DNA of 64,000 nt from Candidatus Woesearchaeota archaeon (GCA_036481345.1 JAZGHU010000015.1:3315-67314); one strand, 5' to 3'. Shown: positions 1 through 10,540, counted from the stretch's first letter. Notes: generated from the letters alone by a model not told the origin. A program made the numbers and translations.

Positions 1-18
1 AATAATGCATCTAATCTG

Positions 19-672
19 TTATTTTTCATTTTCTAAAATTCTTATATCAACAATAGCTGCTGAAGTTTCATTTACAATTATTGGATTAAGATCAAGTTCT
101 CTGATTTTTTTATTTTCAATTGCAAGTTTTGAAATTTTTGTCAATATATCAACTAAAGCAGAAATCTTAACTGGAGATGTTCCACGAGTTCCTTTTAAGA
201 TTTGATTGGCTTTAATTTCATCTATCATTTCTTCTGCTTGCTGTTTGTCTATTGGAGCAATTCTAAATGAAACATCTTTTAGTACTTCTGTAAAGATTCC
301 ACCTAGACCAAACATTAATACAACATCAAATTGAGGATCTCGTTTCATTCCAATGATTACTTCAATTCCTGATTCCATTTTTTGTATTAAGATTCCATCA
401 ATCTTTGCTTTTGGAAATTTCTTTTTTGCTTTGGTTAATATAGAATCATAGGAAGAAGAAAGTTCTTTTTCATCTTGGATATTTGTTTTAACTCCCCCTA
501 TATCTGTTTTATGGAGAATATCTTTTGAGATTACTTTGAGTGCAACAGGATAACCAATTTTCTTAGCAATCGCTACTGCTTTTTCAGGAGAAGTTGCCAA
601 ATCTGATTTTGCAAATGGCAATTTGTATTTTTCTAAAAGTTTTTTTGTCTTTTGAAAGTCAAGTTGTTGCAT
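19..672 (-). CDS. ATP-grasp domain protein similar to the beta subunit of ADP-forming acetyl-CoA synthetase (acyl-CoA ligase)
   Basis: GYPVALKV...DIGGV...NPII motifs match the ATP-grasp fold of AcdB-like proteins; complete 217-aa ORF. Confidence 0.5.
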   Translation of the reverse strand: MQQLDFQKTKKLLEKYKLPFAKSDLATSPEKAVAIAKKIGYPVALKVISKDILHKTDIGGVKTNIQDEKELSSSYDSILTKAKKKFPKAKIDGILIQKMESGIEVIIGMKRDPQFDVVLMFGLGGIFTEVLKDVSFRIAPIDKQQAEEMIDEIKANQILKGTRGTSPVKISALVDILTKISKLAIENKKIRELDLNPIIVNETSAAIVDIRILENEK

Positions 673-821
673 TTTTATTATGATGGAAGAGGGCGTATTT
701 AAACTTTTTTATAATTTTTAGCAAACCTAAATATTTATATAGGAGTTCTGTTTTTATGACTATTGAGAGATTAACATCACAGTGAAGTGAAAAAAAGTAA
801 TGTATTTATAGTGGTGATATT

Positions 822-839
822 TATTCGTATAAACGAATA
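822..839. promoter_or_regulatory. perfect palindrome TATTCGT-ATAA-ACGAATA about 30 bp upstream of the TrmB-like regulator; candidate operator
   Basis: 7-bp inverted arms read directly from the sequence, placed between an AT-rich TATA-like stretch and the regulator start codon. Confidence 0.3.
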
Positions 840-868
840 GTAAATTTAAAAAAAGAGGGGGGTTTTAA

Positions 869-1675
869 ATGATTGTTAAAGAAGAATTTTTAAGCAACTT
901 AAGACGGTATTTCTCATTGAACTTGTACGAGGTAAAGATATGGACTGCACTACTTTCTCGAGGAGTGAGTACTGCTGGAGAACTATCAGATATTGCAAAT
1001 GTTCCAAGAAGCAGAAGTTATGATGTTCTTGAAAGTTTAGAGAAGAAAGGATTTGTTGTAATGAAGCTGGGAAAACCGATTAAATATATTGCTGTCCCTC
1101 CTACAGAAGTTGTTGAAAGAGTTAAGAAAAATATGAAAGAAGAAGCTGATGAGAAAATCAAAAGGCTGGAAAATTTAAAAGCAGGAGATGTAATTGGAGA
1201 GTTAAATACTTTACACAACCAAGGAATTGAATTGATTGAGCCGTCTGATTTAAGTGGAAGTTTGAAAGGAAGACATAATCTATATAATCATTTAGAACTT
1301 ACAATAAGAAATGCTGAAAGGGCTGTAACAATAATGACTACAGACAAGGGATTGATGAGAAAAGTTGAAGGATTGAAACCAGTGTTTGAGAAATTAAAGA
1401 AAAGAGGGGTTGCAATTAAGATTGCAGCACCAATCACAAAAGAGAACAAGGGAGTATTGAAAGATGTTTCTTCTGTTGCTGAAGTTAGGAATGTTACAAA
1501 TCCAAGTGCTAGATTTTGTGTTGTGGATGATACAGATATTATTTTTATGTTAATGGATGACAAAGATGTGCATCCAACTTATGATGTAGGAATTTGGATT
1601 AAAAGCCCATTCTTTGCATCGGCGATGAGTAGTTTATTTGACACTGCTTGGAAAGACATGAAGCAAGTCAAATAA
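869..1675 (+). CDS. TrmB-family transcriptional regulator
   Basis: N-terminal winged HTH (AGELSDIANVPRSRSYDVLESLEKKGFV) plus C-terminal TrmB-like domain; 268 aa. Confidence 0.6.
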   Translation: MIVKEEFLSNLRRYFSLNLYEVKIWTALLSRGVSTAGELSDIANVPRSRSYDVLESLEKKGFVVMKLGKPIKYIAVPPTEVVERVKKNMKEEADEKIKRLENLKAGDVIGELNTLHNQGIELIEPSDLSGSLKGRHNLYNHLELTIRNAERAVTIMTTDKGLMRKVEGLKPVFEKLKKRGVAIKIAAPITKENKGVLKDVSSVAEVRNVTNPSARFCVVDDTDIIFMLMDDKDVHPTYDVGIWIKSPFFASAMSSLFDTAWKDMKQVK

Positions 1676-1723
1676 ATTTTTTATTTCTTTTTTTGATAAT
1701 CTTTATATAATAATCATGTCTTT

Positions 1724-3247
1724 TTGAATATAATGATAGATAAATTAATCAATAAATTGCATCCACTGGAAAGAAAAGTTTTACCTGTTTTAGATAAAGT
1801 TGATAATTTTGATGATATTGTAAAAGAGAGTGGATTGAAAGATGTAGAAGTTATGCGAGCACTGCAATGGCTTTCTAATAAAGAAGTTCTTAAGATAAAA
1901 GAAGATTTAGAAGAAGTTCTTGAGTTAGGAGAGAATGCGAAAGAAGTATTAGATAAAGGTTTGCCTGAGAAAAGATTCCTAGAGATTATTGGGGGGAAAT
2001 CTGTTAAGGAAGGGGAAGTTAGGAAAGAGCTAAATGCCCAGGAATTTGGAGTTAGTATGGGTATTCTTAAGAAGAATTCTGCTATTATTATTAGCAAGGA
2101 AAAAGAAGGAATGGCTTTTAAAGCAACCCCTGCAGCTAAATTTTTATTAAAGAATTTGAAGAAAGTTGAAGATTTTTTATCTAAGAAGTTTCCTATTGCT
2201 CTTGCAAATCTTTCTGAAGAAGAAAGAAAGGTATTTGAGGAGTTAAAAGATAGAAGGGGTTTTGTTAAATTAGAAGTAAGAAAAACAAAATCAATAGAAT
2301 TAACTGAATTAGGAAAGAAATTAATTAAGTCTGGAATAAAAGGAGATGTTGAAGACAAACTAACTGTAGGAATGCTGAAAGATGGCAGCTGGAAGAAAAA
2401 GAAATTTAGGGGTTTTGATGTAAGTATAAATGTTCCTGCTATTCTCGGTGGAAGAAAGCAGCATTATAGAAGGTTTTTGGATGAAGTAAGGCAGAAATTT
2501 TTATCTTTGGGATTTATTGAAAGAGAAGGCCCAATCGTTGAATCAGATTTTTGGGATATGGATGCTTTGTATATGCCTCAGTTCCATTCTGCAAGAGATA
2601 TTCATGAAGCTTATTATATTAAGGATCCCGAATATGCTGAGCTCGATGAAAAAATTGTTAATAATGTTAAGAAAGCACATGAAGATGGATTTGGTACTGG
2701 AAGTAAAGGGTGGCAGTATAAATTTGATACTCAAAGAACAAAACGAAATGTATTAAGAACACATGATACATCTATTTGTGCTAGAACTTTAGCTTCTAAA
2801 GATTTGCAAATTCCTGGAAAATATTTTCAAATAAGCAGGTGTTTTCGATATGATGTTATTGATGCAACTCATCTGCCTGATTTTAATCAAGTTGGAGGAT
2901 TTGTTATTGAAGAAGGTTTGAATTTAAAACATTTATTTGGATTATTGCAGATGTTTGCAAAAGAATTTGCAGATACAGATGAAATAAAATTAGTTCCTGC
3001 TTATTTTCCATTTACAGAACCCTCTGTAGAATTACATGCAAAACATCCTGAATTAGGATGGATTGAATTGGGAGGGGCAGGAATATTTAGACCAGAATTG
3101 ACAAAACCTTTAGGGGTAAATGTTCCTGTTATTGCTTGGGGATTAGGGGTTGGAAGAGTTGCTATGTTTAAACTAGGATTAAAAGATATTAGAAATTTAT
3201 ACAGTCATGATTTAAATATCTTAAGGAAAACAAAGGTGAATCTATGA
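1724..3247 (+). CDS. pheS: phenylalanyl-tRNA synthetase alpha subunit, archaeal type
   Basis: class II aaRS motifs (FRPELT..., GLGVGR), about 500 aa archaeal/eukaryal architecture with N-terminal winged-helix repeats. Confidence 0.85.
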   Translation: MNIMIDKLINKLHPLERKVLPVLDKVDNFDDIVKESGLKDVEVMRALQWLSNKEVLKIKEDLEEVLELGENAKEVLDKGLPEKRFLEIIGGKSVKEGEVRKELNAQEFGVSMGILKKNSAIIISKEKEGMAFKATPAAKFLLKNLKKVEDFLSKKFPIALANLSEEERKVFEELKDRRGFVKLEVRKTKSIELTELGKKLIKSGIKGDVEDKLTVGMLKDGSWKKKKFRGFDVSINVPAILGGRKQHYRRFLDEVRQKFLSLGFIEREGPIVESDFWDMDALYMPQFHSARDIHEAYYIKDPEYAELDEKIVNNVKKAHEDGFGTGSKGWQYKFDTQRTKRNVLRTHDTSICARTLASKDLQIPGKYFQISRCFRYDVIDATHLPDFNQVGGFVIEEGLNLKHLFGLLQMFAKEFADTDEIKLVPAYFPFTEPSVELHAKHPELGWIELGGAGIFRPELTKPLGVNVPVIAWGLGVGRVAMFKLGLKDIRNLYSHDLNILRKTKVNL

Positions 3248-3471
3248 TAAGATATGTTGGAGCACTGGGAGCAGGAATATTATTGATAGCTTTTGCTCTT
3301 TTGGAATTTAGAAAATTATCAAGAGAAAAGCCAACATTTCATTTATTGAATTTAATTGGGGCTATATTGCTTTTTGGTTATGCTTATACAATAAAAAGCT
3401 ATATTTTTGTTATTTTGAATTTAGCTTGGGCCTTTGTTGCAATATATGAAATACAGAAGGTAAAGAAATAA
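3244..3471 (+). CDS. small two-TM membrane protein lying between pheS and pheT
   Basis: 75-aa ORF, hydrophobic, start overlaps the pheS stop and the ORF ends 1 nt before pheT. Confidence 0.3.
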   Translation: MIRYVGALGAGILLIAFALLEFRKLSREKPTFHLLNLIGAILLFGYAYTIKSYIFVILNLAWAFVAIYEIQKVKK

Positions 3472-3472
3472 A

Positions 3473-5140
3473 ATGCCAACAATAACTTTTACATACAAGG
3501 ATTTGAAGAATTTAGTTGGAAAAGATATCTCTATAGAAGAACTTGCAGATCTGTTAGAATATGGAAAGATTGAATTAGATAGTTATGATGAAGAGACTGA
3601 TGAAATAAGTGTGACTGCAGGAGACACTAATCTTCCTTATTTATGGAGTGTAGAAGGAATTGCAAGATTATTGAAAGGATTGGTTGGAAAGCAGAAAGGA
3701 ATTCCACCATTAGAAGTTTTTAAGAAACCAGAACATAAACTTATAGTTGATCAAAGTGTAAAGAAAGTGAGACCGTTTATTGCTGCATTTGTTGCAAAAG
3801 GATGCAAAGTTACGGACAATTCTATTAAACAGATGATTGATCTACAAGAGAAGTTTTGCGCTGGTTATGGAAGAAAGAGAAAGAAAGTAGCAATTGGTGT
3901 TTATAATTATAAGAAGATTAAATTTCCTATTGTGTATAAAGCAACTGCTCCTGAATCAATTAAATTTACCCCATTAGAATATAAAAAAGAGATGACTCAA
4001 CAGGAAATCTTAGAAGATCACCCCGCTGGACAAGAATATGCTTGGATTTTAGAAGGAATGAAAAATTATCCCATACTTATTGATGCGAATGAAGAAGTTT
4101 TGAGTTTTCCACCAATAATAAACTCTAATTACTCTGGAAAGATTGAGATGGGAGATGAAGACTTATTTTTTGAAGCAACAGGAGAAGATTTAGATTCTGT
4201 TTTGCTAGCTGCAAACATATTTGCTCAGGCTTTTTATGAAAGAGGATTTACAATTGAGTCTGTGGATGTAGAATATCCTGATAGGGAACATGATAAGATT
4301 ATAACTCCTTTCTTGTTTGATGAATCAATGAGGATTTCATTAACTCAGGTTAAGGATATGTTAGGATTGGCTTTGAAGGAAGAGGAAATAAAAAAGTTGC
4401 TTGAAAAGATGCAGTATGGATATAGTAAGGGAATTGTTAAGATTCCAAATTATAGAAGAGATATAATGCATCCTGTTGATGTTATTGAAGATATTGCAAT
4501 TGCTTATGGTTATAAGAACATTGAAATGAAAGCAATGGAATCTTATACAAAAGGAAAAACATTTCCAATTGTAAAATTTGTGGATAAGGTTAGAGAGATG
4601 GCTGTTGGATTAGGTTATCAAGAAGTTATGTCAGCAATACTCGCTGATAGGGAAGTTTTGTTTAAAAAGATGAATGTTGATGAATTTAGTTTGATAGAGT
4701 TAAAAGAATATATTTCAGAGAGATATTCTGTTTTGAGAAATTGGCTTCTTCCTATACTCATGAATGTACTTAGCAAGAACAAAAGTGTTGAATATCCACA
4801 GAAAATATTTGAAGAAGGATTAGTTACAGCCAAAAAAGATGGAAAGGCTGTTGATTATCATAGGATTGCAGTTGTTTCAGCGCATGCTACTGCTGATTAT
4901 ACAGAAGCAAGGCAGGCAATTGACTTTATTTTGAAATCATTTGGAGTTGATTATAAAGTTGTTGAAGTAGAACATTCTAGTTTTATAGAAGGTAGAGTAG
5001 GAAGAGTTGTTGTTGAAGGCAAGAAAGTTGCTTATATTGGAGAAATAAGTCCACAAGTTCTTTCTAATTTTGATTTGAATGTTCCTGTATGTGGATTTGA
5101 ATTGAATTTGACAGAATTGTTTGAAGTAATGAAGAAATAA
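3473..5140 (+). CDS. pheT: phenylalanyl-tRNA synthetase beta subunit, archaeal type
   Basis: 555 aa, B3/B4 and B5 domain-like regions, immediately downstream of pheS. Confidence 0.8.
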   Translation: MPTITFTYKDLKNLVGKDISIEELADLLEYGKIELDSYDEETDEISVTAGDTNLPYLWSVEGIARLLKGLVGKQKGIPPLEVFKKPEHKLIVDQSVKKVRPFIAAFVAKGCKVTDNSIKQMIDLQEKFCAGYGRKRKKVAIGVYNYKKIKFPIVYKATAPESIKFTPLEYKKEMTQQEILEDHPAGQEYAWILEGMKNYPILIDANEEVLSFPPIINSNYSGKIEMGDEDLFFEATGEDLDSVLLAANIFAQAFYERGFTIESVDVEYPDREHDKIITPFLFDESMRISLTQVKDMLGLALKEEEIKKLLEKMQYGYSKGIVKIPNYRRDIMHPVDVIEDIAIAYGYKNIEMKAMESYTKGKTFPIVKFVDKVREMAVGLGYQEVMSAILADREVLFKKMNVDEFSLIELKEYISERYSVLRNWLLPILMNVLSKNKSVEYPQKIFEEGLVTAKKDGKAVDYHRIAVVSAHATADYTEARQAIDFILKSFGVDYKVVEVEHSSFIEGRVGRVVVEGKKVAYIGEISPQVLSNFDLNVPVCGFELNLTELFEVMKK

Positions 5141-5527
5141 TTATTTTTTAACTTCTTTCTTAGGCGCTGTTTCTTTTTTCTTTGTAGTCTCTTTCTTTTT
5201 AGATGAAGAGTCAGACTCCTTCGTCTGGGCATCTGGCTTTACTTTTGCTTTTCTAACTTTTCTTGGCCTTTCTGTAGTATCTTTTGATTTCTTTTCTTTG
5301 ATATCTATTTTCAGTTTTTTGAATTCAGAAACAATATCAGTATGAGATGCTCCTTTTTTGATCTTGATAGTTTCTTTTAGCGGTTCAATATGTTTGATAT
5401 TACAGTTTCTTCTTCTTGTTTCACCATCTATTAAGACTGTATTATCATCTATTACATCTACAACTACACATTTCTTTCCTGCGTCTCTTCCTGCAATTTT
5501 AATACATAGTCTTCCGATTTCAATCAT
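5141..5527 (-). CDS. rpl14e: ribosomal protein L14e with KOW domain and Lys-rich C-terminal tail
   Basis: [27 protein letters not shown] motif; about 50 aa K/E-rich tail. Confidence 0.7.
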   Translation of the reverse strand: MIEIGRLCIKIAGRDAGKKCVVVDVIDDNTVLIDGETRRRNCNIKHIEPLKETIKIKKGASHTDIVSEFKKLKIDIKEKKSKDTTERPRKVRKAKVKPDAQTKESDSSSKKKETTKKKETAPKKEVKK

Positions 5528-5591
5528 TTTTCATCCTTTTCGAATCTAAGTTTTATCATCTCTATCAACCAAGTTATTAATGAAATTTTAA

Positions 5592-5903
5592 TCATCTTCT
5601 AGCCCCTTTTATTAGTTTTTTTCTTGTACAACTTGAACATAAATAACCTCCAAATAGTCTTGTTGGACGCTTCTTTGTTTTAGGCAGATTTTTCATCTTT
5701 GAAACAGATTTGTTTGCTGTTCCTGGAAGAACTTTTCCACAGCCAGCACATTTTGCTTTTCCTGTTTTTTTAGCTTTATAATGTGTAACTGTTCTTCCAC
5801 CAGGTGTTTTTACGTATTTTAACTTCTTACTCCTAGATTTAAATCTACCATAACGGCCTTCTCTTTGGATTTTTGCTTTTGTTTTTCTTTTTGATCCTAC
5901 CAT
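5592..5903 (-). CDS. rpl34e: ribosomal protein L34e
   Basis: RYGRFKSRS...CAGCGKVL...SSCTRKKL zinc-ribbon L34e signature. Confidence 0.75.
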   Translation of the reverse strand: MVGSKRKTKAKIQREGRYGRFKSRSKKLKYVKTPGGRTVTHYKAKKTGKAKCAGCGKVLPGTANKSVSKMKNLPKTKKRPTRLFGGYLCSSCTRKKLIKGARR

Positions 5904-5912
5904 GTATATCCC

Positions 5913-6692
5913 TTAATGCAATTTCATTATTTTTCTTAATGTCATACTAAAGATAATTGAAAATATAATATATGTTCCTAGCCAGCCAATTGGCAGCCCT
6001 GGAATTGGTTTTACTTTTTCATTATCAATCTTCAACTGCTGTAATTTGCCTTCTTTTATAACTTTTACGGGTTTTTCGTATGCTTTTTCTTCTGTTATTA
6101 GCAGTTCTTGAGTTTCTTTTTGATCATCAAATTCATATTCTAAAAGATAGTTTCCTGTTACACCTTTTAATATCCATTGAGATTCACATATTTCTTTTGA
6201 ACGAATCCATCCTTTTTCCATACGACATTCAACTTCTTGTGTTGAATCTGAGGTTGTTTCAATTCCTTCTGGTGCAATAAGAGTTATTTCGCCTGAAGTT
6301 CCTCTATCAAACATTGCTGTTGTTGTAAATTCTTGATCAGGAAGAATAGGTTCAAATGCTATATTAGCATTTAACCATCCAAATATCAAAATAATTGGAA
6401 TAAATGTTACTAGAGTTGGCTTCATTGAATGCATCATGTATTTCATGTTTGTTTCCATTGCTCTTTTTTGGACTGCCATGAATTCCTTAGGATTATCTTT
6501 AAGTTCTTTCATCTGTTTTTGGAACTTTTTGATGTCTTCCTTCAAAGCCCTCATAAGATGCTGATCTGTCATCCATTTGTAAACTAGAGTAATTAATACT
6601 GCTACAACTAATGAGATTATTAGAATAGACCAGAATGAAGGTATCCCTAATAATGGTGCCATTATTGGGTTAAGTATAGTTTCAAATGCCAT
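5913..6692 (-). CDS. DUF106 / Oxa1-YidC-like (EMC3-related) membrane protein with an unusual insertion of about 120 aa between TM2 and TM3
   Basis: TM1, cytosolic K-rich coiled coil, TM2, long soluble loop, TM3; it occupies the position DUF106 takes downstream of secY in archaeal operons. Confidence 0.45.
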   Translation of the reverse strand: MAFETILNPIMAPLLGIPSFWSILIISLVVAVLITLVYKWMTDQHLMRALKEDIKKFQKQMKELKDNPKEFMAVQKRAMETNMKYMMHSMKPTLVTFIPIILIFGWLNANIAFEPILPDQEFTTTAMFDRGTSGEITLIAPEGIETTSDSTQEVECRMEKGWIRSKEICESQWILKGVTGNYLLEYEFDDQKETQELLITEEKAYEKPVKVIKEGKLQQLKIDNEKVKPIPGLPIGWLGTYIIFSIIFSMTLRKIMKLH

Positions 6693-6754
6693 TTTTTTAC
6701 CTCGAGTATTCCATAAACTTACGTTATGATTTCATATCGAAATCAAAAGGAAAG

Positions 6755-8143
6755 TTATTCCATAAATTTCCTCATCATTGGATGCATATCATACATATGC
6801 TGCTTTGCAATTTCTTCATATAACTTGTAAATGATCATAACAGTCAATAATATTCCAGTCCCCCTACTTAATGCTCCTGATAAGTCTGCCAATGCTGCTA
6901 TAAATCCAACAGTAATAGCACCCATTACAGTTAAAGGCCAGATGTATCTATTTAATAATCTTTCTAAAACTCTTTGGTCTCTTCTAAAGCCAGGAATTTG
7001 CAGGCCGGAGGACATGATTTGTTTTGCCTGGGATTTTGCATCCATTCCAGATGTCTGCACCCAAAATATTGAAAACATTACAGCCCCTCCGATCATAATA
7101 AGCATATAAACTAAACCATGGGAAACATCTGCAAATGTCAAGCTGCCTTTGATTAATTTTCCAACAAGATCTGGAGAAAATAACCAAGCAACCAAGCCGG
7201 AGGCAGGAGTATTTCCTATAAATGTCCCTAGTATGGGGTGTCCCCAGTTTTGCAAGAGACGCGCCCAGAGCTGAATATTGGCCATCAGCGCGGCAATCAA
7301 TATAACAGGAATGTTAGATGTATATATGAAACTTAATGGCCACCGCATTCCATGGCCCCTAATTCTACCAAAAGATAAAGGAATCTCAACTTTCATTGCC
7401 TGTCCATAAACAGCAATCGCAAATACTAAAATTGTTGATATGACTGCTGCAATCATCAAAGCAGCTGTTATTGGATCTCCTGCTGATAATGATTGGAATA
7501 AAGCTGGAATTGCTCCAGTAGCTATCCCTGGATTAGCTGGAGAGGGCAATGGAGAGAGAGCTCTTATGAATATTTGTTCTGAAACACCTGCTGCGATAAA
7601 TAAGGAGATACCCGAACCAAAACCCCATTTTGATATAACTTCATCCATAAACATAATTAGCATTCCACCAAGGAATAATTGAAATACTAAGATCAATTGT
7701 AATTGGAAATAAATACCTGTTCCAGCAAAAGTTGCTGGCGGAGCTAGGCCTCCCATAAAAACATAGATTATTCCTTCAAATATTACAAAGAAGATTGCCA
7801 ATAGTTTTTGAGTTCCTTGGAATCTTTTTTTGCCTTCATGAGATGTAAGATCAAACTTGATTATCCCTGAACCATTTAATAACTGTAAAACAATAGAAGC
7901 TGTTACTAAAGGACCAATTCCTAATGAAATTATTGATCCAAATTTAGCTCCTAAGATTAAAGATAAATATTCAAATTGTTGTAATGCATTTGATCCTAAG
8001 CCAAACAAAGGTATTAATCCTAAAATGAAGAATATAGCTAAAGTTATGCCAGTCCATTTTAATTTTTCCTTAAAAGCTAATCTTTTTTGCTCAGGACCCT
8101 GGACTTCTGGTAAGTTTGATAATAGATTATCCCACAAACTCAT
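6755..8143 (-). CDS. secY: preprotein translocase subunit SecY
   Basis: 462 aa, 10 TM, archaeal SecY/Sec61alpha sequence, immediately after L15. Confidence 0.9.
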   Translation of the reverse strand: MSLWDNLLSNLPEVQGPEQKRLAFKEKLKWTGITLAIFFILGLIPLFGLGSNALQQFEYLSLILGAKFGSIISLGIGPLVTASIVLQLLNGSGIIKFDLTSHEGKKRFQGTQKLLAIFFVIFEGIIYVFMGGLAPPATFAGTGIYFQLQLILVFQLFLGGMLIMFMDEVISKWGFGSGISLFIAAGVSEQIFIRALSPLPSPANPGIATGAIPALFQSLSAGDPITAALMIAAVISTILVFAIAVYGQAMKVEIPLSFGRIRGHGMRWPLSFIYTSNIPVILIAALMANIQLWARLLQNWGHPILGTFIGNTPASGLVAWLFSPDLVGKLIKGSLTFADVSHGLVYMLIMIGGAVMFSIFWVQTSGMDAKSQAKQIMSSGLQIPGFRRDQRVLERLLNRYIWPLTVMGAITVGFIAALADLSGALSRGTGILLTVMIIYKLYEEIAKQHMYDMHPMMRKFME

Positions 8144-8670
8144 TTTTTAAGTTCCTCAGTCTTTTCAGGAGCAGCTTCTGCTGTTTTCTCTTCTTTGACT
8201 TGAGGTTTTTCAGCAGGAGTCGCCTCCTTTTCTGGTTGGATCACTTCTCCACCTGCAGCTTGTATCTTTTCAATTGCTCCTGCAGAAAATAATGGAGAAG
8301 TTATTTTGAATTTTTTTGTTATTTTACCATTGCCTAAAACTTTATTGAACCCAAGTTTTTTCACATCTACGATGATAATATCTCCTTGTTGTTCAATTAG
8401 TTTTTTTGCTAATAAAGTATTAATTTTTTCTTGAATATAAGAAAGACTAACTGTCTTTATTATCATAAGATTTTTCTTTTTAAATCCGTGCTTTCCAAAG
8501 TAGTTTTTATCTTTCCAGATAGATGGCTTTTTTGCATCTCCTCTTTTGCCTGTTCCAGCCATACCTTTTCCTCCCCTGTTTCCAGCTCCCCTATGTTTTT
8601 TCATAGAGCCCCATCCATGGGAAGTGGATCCACGCCTTCTGGAAAATCTTTTACGTTTGTTTACTACCAT
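8140..8670 (-). CDS. rpl15: ribosomal protein L15 (uL15) with K/E-rich C-terminal tail
   Basis: GRG/GKG N-terminal glycine-rich region typical of uL15. Confidence 0.8.
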   Translation of the reverse strand: MVVNKRKRFSRRRGSTSHGWGSMKKHRGAGNRGGKGMAGTGKRGDAKKPSIWKDKNYFGKHGFKKKNLMIIKTVSLSYIQEKINTLLAKKLIEQQGDIIIVDVKKLGFNKVLGNGKITKKFKITSPLFSAGAIEKIQAAGGEVIQPEKEATPAEKPQVKEEKTAEAAPEKTEELKK

Positions 8671-8671
8671 T

Positions 8672-9073
8672 TTAAATCATCCTTTTGATTAAATCATTAA
8701 TTTTAGTTCCTCTTGGTCCTAATGCTCCACCTTGTTTGAATGGAATTTTTATTCCTTTTCTTTCAAATCCCTTTCTTGGTGGATGTAATCTGAAATATTT
8801 TTTATCTTTTTCTTGTCTTTTTTCTTTTAATAATGAGGCAGTTTCTTCGTCAACTTCTCCCCAAGTTATGTAAGATTGTACTTTTTTGATCATACCAAGC
8901 ATACTTGGAGATGCATTAACAATAACACATGAATTTTGTTTGTAAAGTTTTAACATGTTAAGAGTATCTTTTACTTCTTTTTTGAGTTTAACAGATCCTC
9001 TAATTCTAACTATTGCAATCTTTTTGTATTGCTTCTTTTCTTCTTTTTGTATCTCTTGGTTTTCTTCTGCCAT
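8672..9073 (-). CDS. rpl30: ribosomal protein L30 (uL30)
   Basis: IAIVRIRGSV...position between S5 and L15. Confidence 0.75.
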   Translation of the reverse strand: MAEENQEIQKEEKKQYKKIAIVRIRGSVKLKKEVKDTLNMLKLYKQNSCVIVNASPSMLGMIKKVQSYITWGEVDEETASLLKEKRQEKDKKYFRLHPPRKGFERKGIKIPFKQGGALGPRGTKINDLIKRMI

Positions 9074-9074
9074 T

Positions 9075-10022
9075 TTATTTAGATTTCTTTTTTTCTTTGG
9101 CTTTTTCTTCTTCTCCTTCTTCCTTTTGCGTAGAGTCAGACTCCTTCGTCGTCTGAGTACCTGCTTTAATCACTTCAGCAAAATCTTCCTCTCTTGGCCC
9201 TTCTTTTGCATTCATCTTTCCTTCAACAATACCAAGTGCTGCAATGTCTTGCTCTTTTATTTTGATTTGCATCAAATTTTTCAAAGCAGCAACACAAGCA
9301 TAAACTAAGTTAAGTTTTGTACTTGTTTTACCTAATGTTTTGGACCATACATCTTTGATTCCAGCCATTTTAAGGATTTTTCCTACTTCCCCTTCTACTT
9401 TCAGGCCTGTTCCCTTAGGTGCTGGGATAAGTTTAAGTATTACAGAACCACACTTGCCCTCTACTTTGTAAGGGATTGTATGAGATTCTTTACAACCGCA
9501 CTGCCATGAACCGCAGCCACGTTTAATCTTGATTATATTTAGTTTAGAGTTTCTTATGGATTTTTCTCTTGCTGGAACTGTTTCTTTGCTCTTTCCATAA
9601 CCTATTCCAACATATCCATTTTCATTTCCTGCAACAGCAACAGTTGCGAATTTTGGTTTGTTTCCTTCTCTTGTTTTCTTTTGTGTTTGTCTAAATATCC
9701 TTCTGGCACCCCCGCCAAACTTACCTTTTGATTGTCCTATTAGTAAAAGGTCAACTTGAATGTTTGGAAGCAAAACATCAACTATCTCAGCTTCAAGTAT
9801 ATTAAGTCCATTATCAAGGATAAGATCTATGTCTTTTATTTCTCCTGATTTTACTTTTTTACCTATTTCTGTTTTTGGTTTCCAAGCTTCTTTATCGAAT
9901 TCTTTACCAAATCCTTTCTTTCTTTCTTTCCTTGCTTCTTTTTCTTTTGGTTTTTGAGATTTTTCTACAGCAGCTTTTGATTTCTGCTCAGCTTCTGGAA
10001 GTTTCTTTTTTGCGTTTGGCAT
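9075..10022 (-). CDS. rps5: ribosomal protein S5 (uS5) with long K/E-rich N- and C-terminal extensions
   Basis: dsRBD plus S5 C-domain core flanked by low-complexity KE tails. Confidence 0.85.
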   Translation of the reverse strand: MPNAKKKLPEAEQKSKAAVEKSQKPKEKEARKERKKGFGKEFDKEAWKPKTEIGKKVKSGEIKDIDLILDNGLNILEAEIVDVLLPNIQVDLLLIGQSKGKFGGGARRIFRQTQKKTREGNKPKFATVAVAGNENGYVGIGYGKSKETVPAREKSIRNSKLNIIKIKRGCGSWQCGCKESHTIPYKVEGKCGSVILKLIPAPKGTGLKVEGEVGKILKMAGIKDVWSKTLGKTSTKLNLVYACVAALKNLMQIKIKEQDIAALGIVEGKMNAKEGPREEDFAEVIKAGTQTTKESDSTQKEEGEEEKAKEKKKSK

Positions 10023-10540
10023 TATTCGTTCACCTTGATTTTGTTTTTGATTTCATCAAATATTTGTGTAATTTCAGCAGCTTCTTTTTTGTATTTAGCT
10101 ATGTGGCTGCCATTGATTCTGGTTTCATCTGGAAATATTTCCCCATCATGAGGGATATTCAATCCAGCGTCAACAGCCCCTTTTAAACAAGCATATATTC
10201 TTGAGCCTTTTGTTGGCTTTGCCAATCCTGTATCAAGGATAGCTTCTTTAACTCCTGCTTTGACTGCTTTTGTTCCTGCTAATAATCCAGTCAAATAAGC
10301 AGCTGGAACATTTCCTTTACTAAATTTCCAACCTAGTGCTTCTAGTTCTCTAGAAGTCGCTGCCACGATAATTTTATCCCCTTCTGGACTATATTCTACT
10401 ATTTGAGCATAAGTATTTTTTAGGAAAGTTCTTACTATTAATCTTGGTTTATCAGATAGTAATAGCTTTAACCTTTTCTTGTAATTTGTCTTTCCTTGTC
10501 TCTTTCTTCTGAATTGGACAGTTGCTTTTTTTGATTTCAT
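10022..10540 (-). CDS. rpl18: ribosomal protein L18 (uL18)
   Basis: sequence and operon position (L19e-L18-S5). Confidence 0.8.
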   Translation of the reverse strand: MKSKKATVQFRRKRQGKTNYKKRLKLLLSDKPRLIVRTFLKNTYAQIVEYSPEGDKIIVAATSRELEALGWKFSKGNVPAAYLTGLLAGTKAVKAGVKEAILDTGLAKPTKGSRIYACLKGAVDAGLNIPHDGEIFPDETRINGSHIAKYKKEAAEITQIFDEIKNKIKVNE

